This document shows, one piece after another, positions 1-8,793 of a DNA stretch of 64,000 bases. The position numbers and the translations under genes were made by a program. Position 1 is the stretch's first letter; each line of letters begins with the position of its first letter. Under the pieces are notes generated by a model, which searched no databases, was not told the origin of the DNA, and worked only from the letters and a program-made list of their open reading frames with translations. The stretch is from the NCBI GenBank assembly GCA_044223005.1, contig JBGAML010000007.1:1-64000 (forward strand), read 5' to 3'. The DNA comes from Candidatus Eiseniibacteriota bacterium. GTDB taxonomy: Bacteria > Eisenbacteria > RBG-16-71-46.

Positions 1-1
1 G

Positions 2-88
2 CGTCCGGCCGCACCGCCGGCCGCGCCGCCCGCGCCCGCGGCGCCGCGCGTCGCGCCCACGCCGCCCGAACGTCCGCGCTCGGTATGA
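2..88 (+). CDS. 3' end of an upstream gene (Pro/Ala-rich tail), partial
   Basis: Open frame RPAAPPAAPPAPAAPRVAPTPPERPRSV* ends in TGA overlapping the pgpA ATG (ATGA), typical of translational coupling. Confidence 0.45.
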   Translation, partial: RPAAPPAAPPAPAAPRVAPTPPERPRSV

Positions 89-555
89 GAGCGTTCGCGA
101 CCAAGCTGGCCATGCTGTGGCCGGTCGCCGCTCCCCCGGGGCCGCGCGCCACGTACGGCAGCTTCGTGGTCGCGCTGGTGGGCTGGTTCCTGCCGGTGCC
201 GCCGCTCTGGCTCTTCGCGGTGCTGCTCGTGCTCGGTACCGCAGTCGCGGTCTGGGCCGCCGGCGAGGCCGAGCACGAGCTCGGTCACGACGCGAACCCG
301 ATCATCATCGACGAGGCGATCGGCCAGTCGCTGGCGCTGGTGCTGGTGCCGCACGTGCCGCTCGCGTTCTTCGCGTCGTTCCTGCTCTTTCGCTTCTTCG
401 ACGTTCTCAAGCCCTTCGGCGCCCGCGAAGCGCAGGCCCTGCCGGGCGGCTGGGGTGTCGTCGCCGACGACGCGATCGCCGGCGTGGTGTCGTGCGTGGC
501 GTTCCACCTGCTGCGCTTCGGCCTCGTGAAGCTGGGGCACCCGCTGCTCGGCTGA
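85..555 (+). CDS. pgpA: Phosphatidylglycerophosphatase A
   Basis: Motifs HDANPIIIDEAIG, FLLFRFFDVLKP and GGWGVVADDAIAG; hydrophobic; usual neighbour of cinA. Confidence 0.9.
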   Translation: MRAFATKLAMLWPVAAPPGPRATYGSFVVALVGWFLPVPPLWLFAVLLVLGTAVAVWAAGEAEHELGHDANPIIIDEAIGQSLALVLVPHVPLAFFASFLLFRFFDVLKPFGAREAQALPGGWGVVADDAIAGVVSCVAFHLLRFGLVKLGHPLLG

Positions 556-644
556 ACGCTCGCTCGCCGGCGCGCGCCGCTGGACGCGCGGGCGCGGCGG
601 TGCCATGACTTCGCCCGCATCCCCCGGGTCGGAGGGCCGTGACG

Positions 645-3026
645 ATGGAGTTCATGCTCGCCGTGGTGGGCCTGGGCCTGCTCGGCATGATCGTGCTCGG
701 GTTCGTGCTCGCGGTGAGCCAGGTGGGGACGGTGCGCCGGCTCGCGCGCCGCGTGGAACTGCTCGAGAACGAGGTGCGGCGCCTGCGCACCCGGCCCGCG
801 ACGGCGCCCGCCGAGACGATCGACGCGGACGTGCCGTGGCTCACGCCCGAGGTGACGCCCGCACCGGTGCCGCCGCCCGCCGTCGCGCCGCACGCGCCCA
901 CGCCGTCCGCCGCACGGCCGCCCGCGCCGCCGCCACGTCCCGCGCCCGCGCCGCACGACGCGATCGACCTCGCACGCGTCGAGCAGCTGGTCGGCGGCGT
1001 CTGGCTGCAGAACCTGGGCGCGGTGCTGTTGCTGGTCGGCGTGTTCCTCATGATCCTCTGGGGCTACACGACGGGGCGCTTCGGGCCGCAGGTGCTCGTC
1101 GCCGCGGGCGAACTCCTCGGCGTGGCGTTCGTGTGGCGCGGCGATCGCGTCGCGCGCCGGCTCGCGACGTTCGGCCACGCGCTGATCGGCATCGGCCTCG
1201 GGATCGTCTACCTGACGCTTTACCTCGGCTTCGCGCGGCTGCACGTGCTCCCGCCCGCGGCGGCGCTGGTGCTGCTCGCGCTCGTCTCGGTGGCCTCGAT
1301 CGTGGCGGCGCTCCGCTACCGCGTGCAGCTGATCGGCGCGCTGGGCGTGATCGGCGCGTTCCTGCCGCAGTTCCTCGCCGCGTGGCTCGACCTCGGCGGC
1401 TTCCGGCTCTCGCCGTGGATGCTGTTCGCGTACCTCGCCACGATCGACGTGGTGGTGTTCGCGCTCGCGGCGCGCGCGGGCTGGAGCGCGCTGGACCTGG
1501 CCGCGCTCGTCCTTTCGGCGTGCGCGTGGCGCGCCGCGTTCCCGGGCATCCACTGGGGCTGGGGCCAGCAGCTGGCGCTCTCGGCGCTGTTCACGCTGCT
1601 CGGCGTCGCGCCGCTGCCGCGCCTGGTCGCGGTCTCGGGGCGCGTGCGCGCGATCGACCTCGCGGTGGTCGCGCTCGCGCCGCTGGCGCTGCTCGTCGCG
1701 ACGGCGCCGTTCCTCGCGTGGGCGAGCCGCGAGACGGCGGCGGGGCTGCTCTTCGCGCTCGCGGCCGCATTGCTCGGCGCGGCGTGGTGGACCGACCAGC
1801 GCCGCCCCGAGCGCGACCTGTGGGCGCCGCTCACGGGCGCCGCGGCGCTGTTCGTGGCGGTGGGGCTCGAGCGCGCGTTCGGCACCGACGTCACGCCGTT
1901 CGCGTGGTGCGTCGAGGGCGTGCTGCTGATCGCGCTGGGACTCGCGCCGCGTGCGGGTGCGTTGCGGGTCTGGGGCTCGCTCGTGCTCTTCGCGGGCGCG
2001 GTGACGACGCTGCAGGCCATGGCCGACACGCGCTGGACGCCGGACCAGTTGCCGCTCGTGCACCCGGCGGCGTTGCGCGCGCTGGGCTCGATCGCCAGCG
2101 TCCTCGTCGCGTCGGCGCTGCTCGCGCGGGCGCGCGAACGGCTCCGGGGTTCGCTCGATCGCTGGAGCGCCGAGACCTGGGGCGCGATCGGGCACGCGCT
2201 GCTGCTCGGCTGGATCGGCGCCGAGTCGGGCCGCGTCGCGACGTGGTGGTATGCGCCGGCGCACGGGCATCCGCTGCCGACCGTGAGCGTGTCGCTGCAC
2301 GATCGCCGCGAATCGCTCGCGGCCGCGCTCCGCAGCGCGGCGTGGGCCGCGCAGGCGGGCGTGCTCGCGTGGCTCGGCGCGCGCGCGGGGCGCGCGTTCC
2401 CGCGCCTGGCCGCGCTGGTGGTGGGCGCAGTGAGCGTGGTCGGCATGCTGTTCTGGCTCGGCGTCGACGGCTGGTGGCTCGACCAGTGGCCGGTGCTGCA
2501 CGTGGCGAGCCTGCTGCAGCTCGCGGTGGTCGCGATCGCGTTCGCCGTCGCGGCGAACCTCGCCGCCATGCGGGCGCGGCTCGCGCCGTGGGAGTCGCGC
2601 ACGCCCGAGCTGTGGGCGGGCGCCGCGGCGTTCGCGCTGGCGCTCTGGGGCGTGCGCGAGGCGGACCACCTCGCGCGCGCGATCGTCGGTCCCGGCGCGA
2701 TGGGCGATCGCACGTTCGCGCCGCCGGACCTGCGGCGGTTCAACACGCTGCGTGCCGCGTGCTGGAGCGGGCTCTGGCTGCTGGAGGCGGTCGGCCTGCT
2801 CGTGGCCGGCTGGCTGCGCGGCTCGGCGTTCCTGCGCTGGACGGCGCTCGGGCTGCTCGCGATCACGCTGCTCAAGTTCATCGCGATCGACCTGCAGACC
2901 GTCGACGTCTTCTGGCGCTTCCTCACCGCGATCGTGGTCGGCGCGGCGATGCTCGCGATGTCGTACGCCTACCAGCGCCGCGTGCGCGGTCGCGAGCCTT
3001 CGTCGACCGGCGTGCGGCCCGACTGA
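645..3026 (+). CDS. DUF2339-like multi-pass membrane protein
   Basis: N-terminal TM helix, coiled coil and Pro-rich linker, then EQLVGGVWLQNLG and many TM helices; C-terminal LKFIAIDL...SYAYQR; GGAGG at 631-635 (alternative GTG start at 639). Confidence 0.8.
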   Translation: MEFMLAVVGLGLLGMIVLGFVLAVSQVGTVRRLARRVELLENEVRRLRTRPATAPAETIDADVPWLTPEVTPAPVPPPAVAPHAPTPSAARPPAPPPRPAPAPHDAIDLARVEQLVGGVWLQNLGAVLLLVGVFLMILWGYTTGRFGPQVLVAAGELLGVAFVWRGDRVARRLATFGHALIGIGLGIVYLTLYLGFARLHVLPPAAALVLLALVSVASIVAALRYRVQLIGALGVIGAFLPQFLAAWLDLGGFRLSPWMLFAYLATIDVVVFALAARAGWSALDLAALVLSACAWRAAFPGIHWGWGQQLALSALFTLLGVAPLPRLVAVSGRVRAIDLAVVALAPLALLVATAPFLAWASRETAAGLLFALAAALLGAAWWTDQRRPERDLWAPLTGAAALFVAVGLERAFGTDVTPFAWCVEGVLLIALGLAPRAGALRVWGSLVLFAGAVTTLQAMADTRWTPDQLPLVHPAALRALGSIASVLVASALLARARERLRGSLDRWSAETWGAIGHALLLGWIGAESGRVATWWYAPAHGHPLPTVSVSLHDRRESLAAALRSAAWAAQAGVLAWLGARAGRAFPRLAALVVGAVSVVGMLFWLGVDGWWLDQWPVLHVASLLQLAVVAIAFAVAANLAAMRARLAPWESRTPELWAGAAAFALALWGVREADHLARAIVGPGAMGDRTFAPPDLRRFNTLRAACWSGLWLLEAVGLLVAGWLRGSAFLRWTALGLLAITLLKFIAIDLQTVDVFWRFLTAIVVGAAMLAMSYAYQRRVRGREPSSTGVRPD

Positions 3027-3056
3027 ACGAAACATGCCTCGCGGCATGTTTCGTTC
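3025..3056. terminator. Perfect 14-bp hairpin between convergent genes (probable bidirectional terminator)
   Basis: GAACGAAACATGCC-TCGC-GGCATGTTTCGTTC immediately after the DUF2339 stop. Confidence 0.7.
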
Positions 3057-3095
3057 GTCGGCGTCGAACGTCGTGAGCCCCGGCGAAACGCCGCG

Positions 3096-5804
3096 TCAGC
3101 CCTGCGTGCGCCCCGGCCGCCGGTCGTCCAGCACGTCGTCGATGAGCGGCCGGCCCGCGAGCGCGGCCCACGCGCCGTAGAGCGCCAGGCCCGACAGCAA
3201 TGCCAGCGCCGTCACGCCGCGCGCGCCGAACGTGGCGCCGTCGCCGAACACGGGCGGGGTCACCGACAGCACCATCTGCATGAACAGGCTCGCGAATGCC
3301 GTGAGCAGCCCGAAGCGGAACAGCGAGACGAAGAGCGCGACGGTGGGAACCACCGACTCGACGATCGGCAGCGGCGAGAGCGGGCCAGCGCCACCGAGGT
3401 AGGTCAGGCCGGTCTGGATCGCGCCGGCGACGAAGAAGGTCCCGCGATCGTTGCGCGTCACGAGGTGCACGAGCAGGCAGGTGACCAGGGCGATCAGGAC
3501 GCTGAGCACCATGACCGAACCGGCGTAGCTGACCTGGAAGCCGAGACCCGCGGGGCTGGCGAGCGCGGCGAGGTCGGTCGCGTTCGGGACCAGGAACGTC
3601 GCGGGCAGGTGCAGCGCGGCCATCGCCTTCCAGGCGAGCAGGCTGGCGACCGTGCCCACCGCGCCGATCGCGAGCCCCATCAGCAGGTCGCGGCCCACCA
3701 TGGGGTCGCGCGTGCGGCCGGACGTGAGCCGCGCCCACGAGACGAGCATGCGCGGCCACAGGCGGCGCACGTAGGGCTCGATCGCCACGTAGGCGACCCA
3801 CATCTGCCCCGCATGGACGAGCGCGTGGCCGAGCGGCGCGTCGCTCAGCAGGTCGCCGATCAGGCCCTGCAGGCCGTTCTCGCCCGAGTTCCACGTGAAC
3901 ACCGATTCCATCGCGGTGGCGACGAACACGAACGCTGCGAGCCGGAACGCGCCGCGCGGATCGCCGCGGCCGAGCTTGAGGTTCCGGGCCGCGAGCCAGA
4001 TCTCGCCCGCGTTGAGGAGCACCCAGAAGACGAAGCTGATCCACGCGCCGGCGTCCCACGGGGCGTCGGGCGCGGGGGCGTGCACGGGGTCGATCGCGGC
4101 GCCGACCGAATCGGCGATCGCGAAGTAGACGATGCGCCCGCGGCTCGCCGCGGCGCGCACGTGCCACTCGGATCGCCCCGGGGTCGGCGCCGGCATCGTC
4201 CAGGCGCGGATGCTGTCGCTGCCGACGGGGGCCACCCACGGTCGCGGGTCGGGCGCGAGCGCCGTCGAATCGAGTCCGGCGAGCGCGAGCACCGGGGCCC
4301 ACAGGCCGCCCGCGCCGGGCGCGTGCGTCGCGGAATCCGGCGTGGGCGCGGCCTCGAGCCCGATCAGCCGGCCGCGCATGTCCAGCATCACCGTCACGCT
4401 GCCCGGGCCCGACTGCGGCGGATCGGTGAGCGTGCTGACGTTCGAGTGGATGTCGAGCGGCTGCAGCCGGCGGGGAGCATAACGGCGCCAGTACGCGTAG
4501 CCGCCCGGGCCGGCGCCCGCGAGCGAATCCACGGGGAGCTTGCGCTTCGCGAGCCGCGTGGCCCAGTCGCGCCGGGCCGAGAAACCCGAGGCGGTGTGCT
4601 TGGGCAGCGCGTCGTACCCGAGCGTCTCGAGCGCCGACTGCGCCTTGAACGCGAGCATCGCGGGCGCTCCGGACGCGCTGCGCCAGCTGGGCGCGCCGAG
4701 CCACGTGGCCACGAGGCACGCCACGATCGTGACCGCGAGCAGCGCCGCGGCCTGCCAGGGCGCGAGGCCGCCGGCTTCGCCCGCGTGCGCGACGAGTTCG
4801 GGCGAGGGCGTCTCGCCCGCGGCCAGCGCGGCCGCGAGCGGATCGCCACCGGGCAGCGCGCCGAGCACCGCGTACGCCGACGGCGGCCGCAGGCGCGGAT
4901 CGGGATCGAGGCAGCGCTGCAGCAGCCGCTCGATCACCGGATCGAGGTCGGAGACGACGCTCGAGGGCGTGGGCATCGAGCCCGAGGCGGCGCGGCGGCG
5001 CAGCTCGGCGGGATCGGACGTGTCGTTCGCGCGCTTGCCGGTGAAGAGCTCCCACATCACGAGCCCGAGCGCGTAGACGTCGCTCTGCACCGACACCACG
5101 CCGGCCGTGAGCTGCTCCGGCGCCATGTAGGCGGGCGTGCCCACGATCTCGGTGGCGTTCGGGTCGCCCGCGATCGCGGCGAGACCGAAGTCCATGATCC
5201 GCACGCCGCCGCGCCCGTCGATCATGACGTTGGAGGGCTTCAGGTCCCGGTGCAGCACGCCGCGCTCGTGCGCGGCCGCGAGCCCGAGGCAGAGCTGCCG
5301 GGCGATCTCGACCGCCTTGTCCTTGGACGGCCGGCCCATGCGCCGCAGCACCGAGGCGAGGTCCTCGCCGTCGACGTATTCCATGCTGAGGAAGATCTGT
5401 CCGTCGGCCTCGGCGATGTCGTAGACGCGCGCGACGTTCGGGTGCGCGATCTGGCGCGCGAGCCGCACCTCGGCGCGGAAGCGCGACAGCATCGAAGGCT
5501 CGTGGCGGAGCCGGTCGGGGAGGAACTTGAGCGCGACCGACTGGCCGAGCTCGAGGTCGTCGGCGCGATAGACCTCGCCCATGCCACCGCGGCCGAGCAT
5601 GCCGACCATGCGGTAGCGGCTGCCGAGCCGGTGCCCGGGCTCGAAGCGGCCGTGCCCGAGCGACGACGAGTCGCTCGCGTGCGAGGCGGTCTTCGCCGCC
5701 ATCGTCTCGGCCGAGGTGACGTCGGTGTCCGACGGCGCGCCGCAATTGGGGCAGAAGCGGTCGGCGCTCGTCAGGGTGTGGGAGCAGCGGGAACAGTTCG
5801 GCAT
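3096..5804 (-). CDS. Hanks-type Ser/Thr protein kinase with N-terminal zinc ribbon and C-terminal multi-TM domain
   Basis: CSRC...CPNC; LGRGGMGEVY, VALK, HRDLKPSN, DFG, GTPAYMAPE, SDVYALG; several C-terminal TM helices. Confidence 0.92.
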   Translation of the reverse strand: MPNCSRCSHTLTSADRFCPNCGAPSDTDVTSAETMAAKTASHASDSSSLGHGRFEPGHRLGSRYRMVGMLGRGGMGEVYRADDLELGQSVALKFLPDRLRHEPSMLSRFRAEVRLARQIAHPNVARVYDIAEADGQIFLSMEYVDGEDLASVLRRMGRPSKDKAVEIARQLCLGLAAAHERGVLHRDLKPSNVMIDGRGGVRIMDFGLAAIAGDPNATEIVGTPAYMAPEQLTAGVVSVQSDVYALGLVMWELFTGKRANDTSDPAELRRRAASGSMPTPSSVVSDLDPVIERLLQRCLDPDPRLRPPSAYAVLGALPGGDPLAAALAAGETPSPELVAHAGEAGGLAPWQAAALLAVTIVACLVATWLGAPSWRSASGAPAMLAFKAQSALETLGYDALPKHTASGFSARRDWATRLAKRKLPVDSLAGAGPGGYAYWRRYAPRRLQPLDIHSNVSTLTDPPQSGPGSVTVMLDMRGRLIGLEAAPTPDSATHAPGAGGLWAPVLALAGLDSTALAPDPRPWVAPVGSDSIRAWTMPAPTPGRSEWHVRAAASRGRIVYFAIADSVGAAIDPVHAPAPDAPWDAGAWISFVFWVLLNAGEIWLAARNLKLGRGDPRGAFRLAAFVFVATAMESVFTWNSGENGLQGLIGDLLSDAPLGHALVHAGQMWVAYVAIEPYVRRLWPRMLVSWARLTSGRTRDPMVGRDLLMGLAIGAVGTVASLLAWKAMAALHLPATFLVPNATDLAALASPAGLGFQVSYAGSVMVLSVLIALVTCLLVHLVTRNDRGTFFVAGAIQTGLTYLGGAGPLSPLPIVESVVPTVALFVSLFRFGLLTAFASLFMQMVLSVTPPVFGDGATFGARGVTALALLSGLALYGAWAALAGRPLIDDVLDDRRPGRTQG

Positions 5805-6053
5805 GGCCTCGCTCGTCGGGAAGGATGGGGACCGGCGAAAGGGGCGCCGCGGGGCGTCGACCGGCTGCGCGCGAGGGGAGCGCGAGACGCGGCCGTCGGC
5901 GACGATGGCCGGCAGTCTAGGGACTGGACGCCCCGGCCGCAGCAGGAATCTCGCGATCCGGCGACCTCGCGAGATGTGGCTTTGCGTCACCTTCCGGCAT
6001 CGGGCAGAGTGCCCGTCTCCGCCGCGCCTTCATCCCCCCGGAACCGACCGCGC

Positions 6054-7310
6054 ATGAACGTCGAGATCGTCACCATCGGCAACGAAGTCCTCTCGGGCCG
6101 CACCGTGGACACCAACTTCGCCTCGCTCGCGCGCTGGTGCGAGGAGGCGAGCCTGAACGTCCAGTGGCACTCGACCGTCGGGGACACCGCGGAGCGCATC
6201 GCCGAAGGACTCTCGCGCGCGCTCGACCGCGCCGACGCCGTGATCATGACCGGCGGCCTGGGGCCCACGCCCGACGACGTGACGCGCAAGGCGGTGGCGA
6301 CCGTGCTCGGGCGCCCGTTGCAGCTGGACGAGGGCGTGCTCGAGACGATCCGCGAACGCGGCCGGCGTTTCGGGCGCAAGCTGCCCGCGTCGGTCGAGAC
6401 GATGGCGCTGATCCCGCGCGGCGCCGAAGTGTGGCCGAACCCCGTGGGCGCGGCGCCGGGCCTGCTGCTGCTGCATCGCGACAAGCCCGTGATGCTGCTG
6501 CCGGGCGTGCCCGCCGAGATGGAAGCGCTCGCGAACGAGTTCGTGATTCCGTACCTGCGCGAGAAGTCGGGCCGCACGATCGAGAGCTTCACGCTGCGCT
6601 GCTACGGGGCGTTCGAGAGCCAGCTGCACGAGAAGATCGGCCCGCTGCCCGAGGATTGGCCGGGCGCATCGCTCGCGTACCTGCCGAGCTGGTTCGGCGT
6701 CGACCTGCGCGTCACCGTGAGCGGCACCAACGCCGCCGCCGTGCGCGAGTCGCGCGTGCGGGCGTACAACGAGCTGATGGCGACCGTCGGCGGCGTCGTG
6801 TACGCCGAGGGTGGCACCGCGATGGAAGAAGTGGTCGGCGCGATCCTGGCCGAGAAGGGCTGGTCGATCGCCACCGCCGAGTCGTGCACGGGCGGCCTGC
6901 TCGCCAAGCGGCTCACCGACGTGCCCGGAAGCTCGCGCTACGTCGAGCGCGGGTTCGTGACCTACTCCAACGCCGCCAAGCTCGAGCTGCTCGGCGTCGA
7001 CCGCGCCACGCTCGAGGCGCAGGGTGCGGTGAGCGCCGCCGTCGCCGAGCAGATGGCGAGCGGCGCGCGCGAGAAGGCGGGCGTCCAGGTCGGCGTCGGC
7101 ATCACCGGCATCGCCGGACCGGACGGCGGTAGCGAGAACAAGCCCGTCGGCCTCGTCTACGTGGCGATCGCTTCGCCGCTCGGCGAGTTCGTGCGCCAGC
7201 TGCGGCTCGTCGGCTCGCGTTCCACCGTGCGCGAGCGCGCGGCGCAGACCGCGCTCGACTTCCTGCGCCGCCACCTGCTCGGCCTGCCGGTGGACCCGAC
7301 GCTGGACTGA
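6054..7310 (+). CDS. cinA: Competence/damage-inducible protein CinA (MoCF-like domain plus PncC NMN deamidase domain)
   Basis: IGNEVLSGRTVDTN, TGGLGPTPDDVT, AESCTGG, GITGIAGPDGGS. Confidence 0.95.
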   Translation: MNVEIVTIGNEVLSGRTVDTNFASLARWCEEASLNVQWHSTVGDTAERIAEGLSRALDRADAVIMTGGLGPTPDDVTRKAVATVLGRPLQLDEGVLETIRERGRRFGRKLPASVETMALIPRGAEVWPNPVGAAPGLLLLHRDKPVMLLPGVPAEMEALANEFVIPYLREKSGRTIESFTLRCYGAFESQLHEKIGPLPEDWPGASLAYLPSWFGVDLRVTVSGTNAAAVRESRVRAYNELMATVGGVVYAEGGTAMEEVVGAILAEKGWSIATAESCTGGLLAKRLTDVPGSSRYVERGFVTYSNAAKLELLGVDRATLEAQGAVSAAVAEQMASGAREKAGVQVGVGITGIAGPDGGSENKPVGLVYVAIASPLGEFVRQLRLVGSRSTVRERAAQTALDFLRRHLLGLPVDPTLD

Positions 7311-7316
7311 AGCGCC

Positions 7317-7868
7317 GTGCGCGTCTTCCTCGCCGTCTTTCCGCCGCCCGAGACACAGGCGCGAGCGCTCGGCGTGATCGAGGCGCTGCGCCGCCCCGGC
7401 GACATGGTGTCGTGGGTCAAGCGCGAGAACCTGCACTACACGCTGCGCTTCCTCGGCGAGATCGGCGAGGACGGCGCCCGCCGCGCCGCCGACGCCGCGC
7501 GCGAGGCGGCCGCCGCGCATGCGGCGTTCGCGGGCGTGCTGGCCGCGCCCGGAGCGTTCCCGAACGCGCGCCGCGCGCGCGTGCTGTGGTTGGGCATGGG
7601 CGAGGGCGCGGATGCGTTCCGCGCGCTGGCCCACTCGCTCGAGGATGCGCTCGCCCGGCGCGGGTTCGAGCGCGAGGGCCGCCCGTTCGCGCCGCACCTG
7701 ACCATCGGGCGCGTGCGCGCCGACGCCGACTGGACGGCCGCGCTGGCCGCCGTGCCGCCCGTGGACGCGAGCTTCCCGATCGAGCGGATCGTGGTGGTGA
7801 AGAGCACGCTCTCGCCGCGCGGCTCGCGCTACGACGTGCTGGCCGAAGCCCCGCTCGGGGTGGGCTGA
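7317..7868 (+). CDS. thpR: RNA 2',3'-cyclic phosphodiesterase (2H family, LigT/ThpR)
   Basis: Two HxT motifs (LHYTLRF, PHLTIGR), MRVFLA N-terminus, position after cinA. Confidence 0.92.
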   Translation: MRVFLAVFPPPETQARALGVIEALRRPGDMVSWVKRENLHYTLRFLGEIGEDGARRAADAAREAAAAHAAFAGVLAAPGAFPNARRARVLWLGMGEGADAFRALAHSLEDALARRGFEREGRPFAPHLTIGRVRADADWTAALAAVPPVDASFPIERIVVVKSTLSPRGSRYDVLAEAPLGVG

Positions 7869-8125
7869 GGGGGAGCCGGGCCGGGCTTCGGCTGGGCCGC
7901 GGGGCCTGCGATCGCGGCCGGCGAGCCGCCCGCCCGCCGCTGTGATTTTCCCGGCGGCCTCCCGGTCTCAATGGGCACGAGCGCCCGCGTCGGCCCCGAC
8001 CGGGGCCCGGGACCCGGTCGGCGAGCGAACTCCCGCCGGGACGGGCCGCGGTGATGCGGCGGCTCGTGCGTGGGCGTCCCCCGCGGCGACCCACGACAAG
8101 CGCAGCGTCCGCGATCGGAGGCCCC

Positions 8126-8701
8126 GTGCTCGACCCCTCGACTGGCATCGCATCGCGCCCGCAACCGGCGCCCGGCGGCTGCGGCGCCGATCCGCTCTGT
8201 GCCCGTGCCTACGGCGAGCTCCATGCGATGGCCGCGCGCCACCTGCGGCGCGAGCGCCCCGACCCGACGCTGCAGGCCGCCGATCTCGTGCACGAGGCGT
8301 GGCTCAAGCTCGCCGGCCAGTCGCGCACGTCGTGGCGGAACCGCGAGCACTTCCTCGGCGTCGCCGATCTCACCATGCGCCGCATCCTCGTGGACCGCGC
8401 GCGTGCCCGCGGCCGCGTGAAGCGCGGCGGCGGCTGGGAGCGCGTCGCGTTCGACGACGCGCTCGCCGTGGGCCGCGAGGAACACGTGGAAGCGCGCGTC
8501 GACCTGGACCGCGCATTGGAACGCTTCGAGCGCACCGGCGCGCGCCGCTCGCGCGCCGTCGAACTGATCTTGTTCGGCGGCCTCACGCACGCCGAGTGCG
8601 CGGCCGCGCTCGGCGTCTCGTGCCGGACGATCGAACGCTGGTGGGACTTCGCGCAGGCATGGCTCTGGCGCGAGCTGGGAGCGGCGGGCGCGACGAACTA
8701 G
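8126..8701 (+). CDS. ECF-type sigma factor of the kinase-associated (TIGR02999-like) type
   Basis: YGELHAMAARHLRRERPDPTLQAADLVHEAWLKL, MRRILVDRAR, C-terminal HTH (ECAAALGVSCRTIERWW); GGAGG before GTG at 8126. Confidence 0.85.
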   Translation: MLDPSTGIASRPQPAPGGCGADPLCARAYGELHAMAARHLRRERPDPTLQAADLVHEAWLKLAGQSRTSWRNREHFLGVADLTMRRILVDRARARGRVKRGGGWERVAFDDALAVGREEHVEARVDLDRALERFERTGARRSRAVELILFGGLTHAECAAALGVSCRTIERWWDFAQAWLWRELGAAGATN

Positions 8702-8793
8702 CGCGAGGCGCGGCACCGGGCACGGACGGACCGTTCACCCGCACCGAGGAGCGCAGGTCCGAGGCCGCCGCGCGTGACGGATCCGCGCGAGCG

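Noticed and set aside
3465..6053. Long N-terminal extension on CinA (1281-aa ORF) and similar extensions on alaS, radC, ispE and others
   Set aside because: Extensions overlap other genes; family homology starts at the downstream start codons used here
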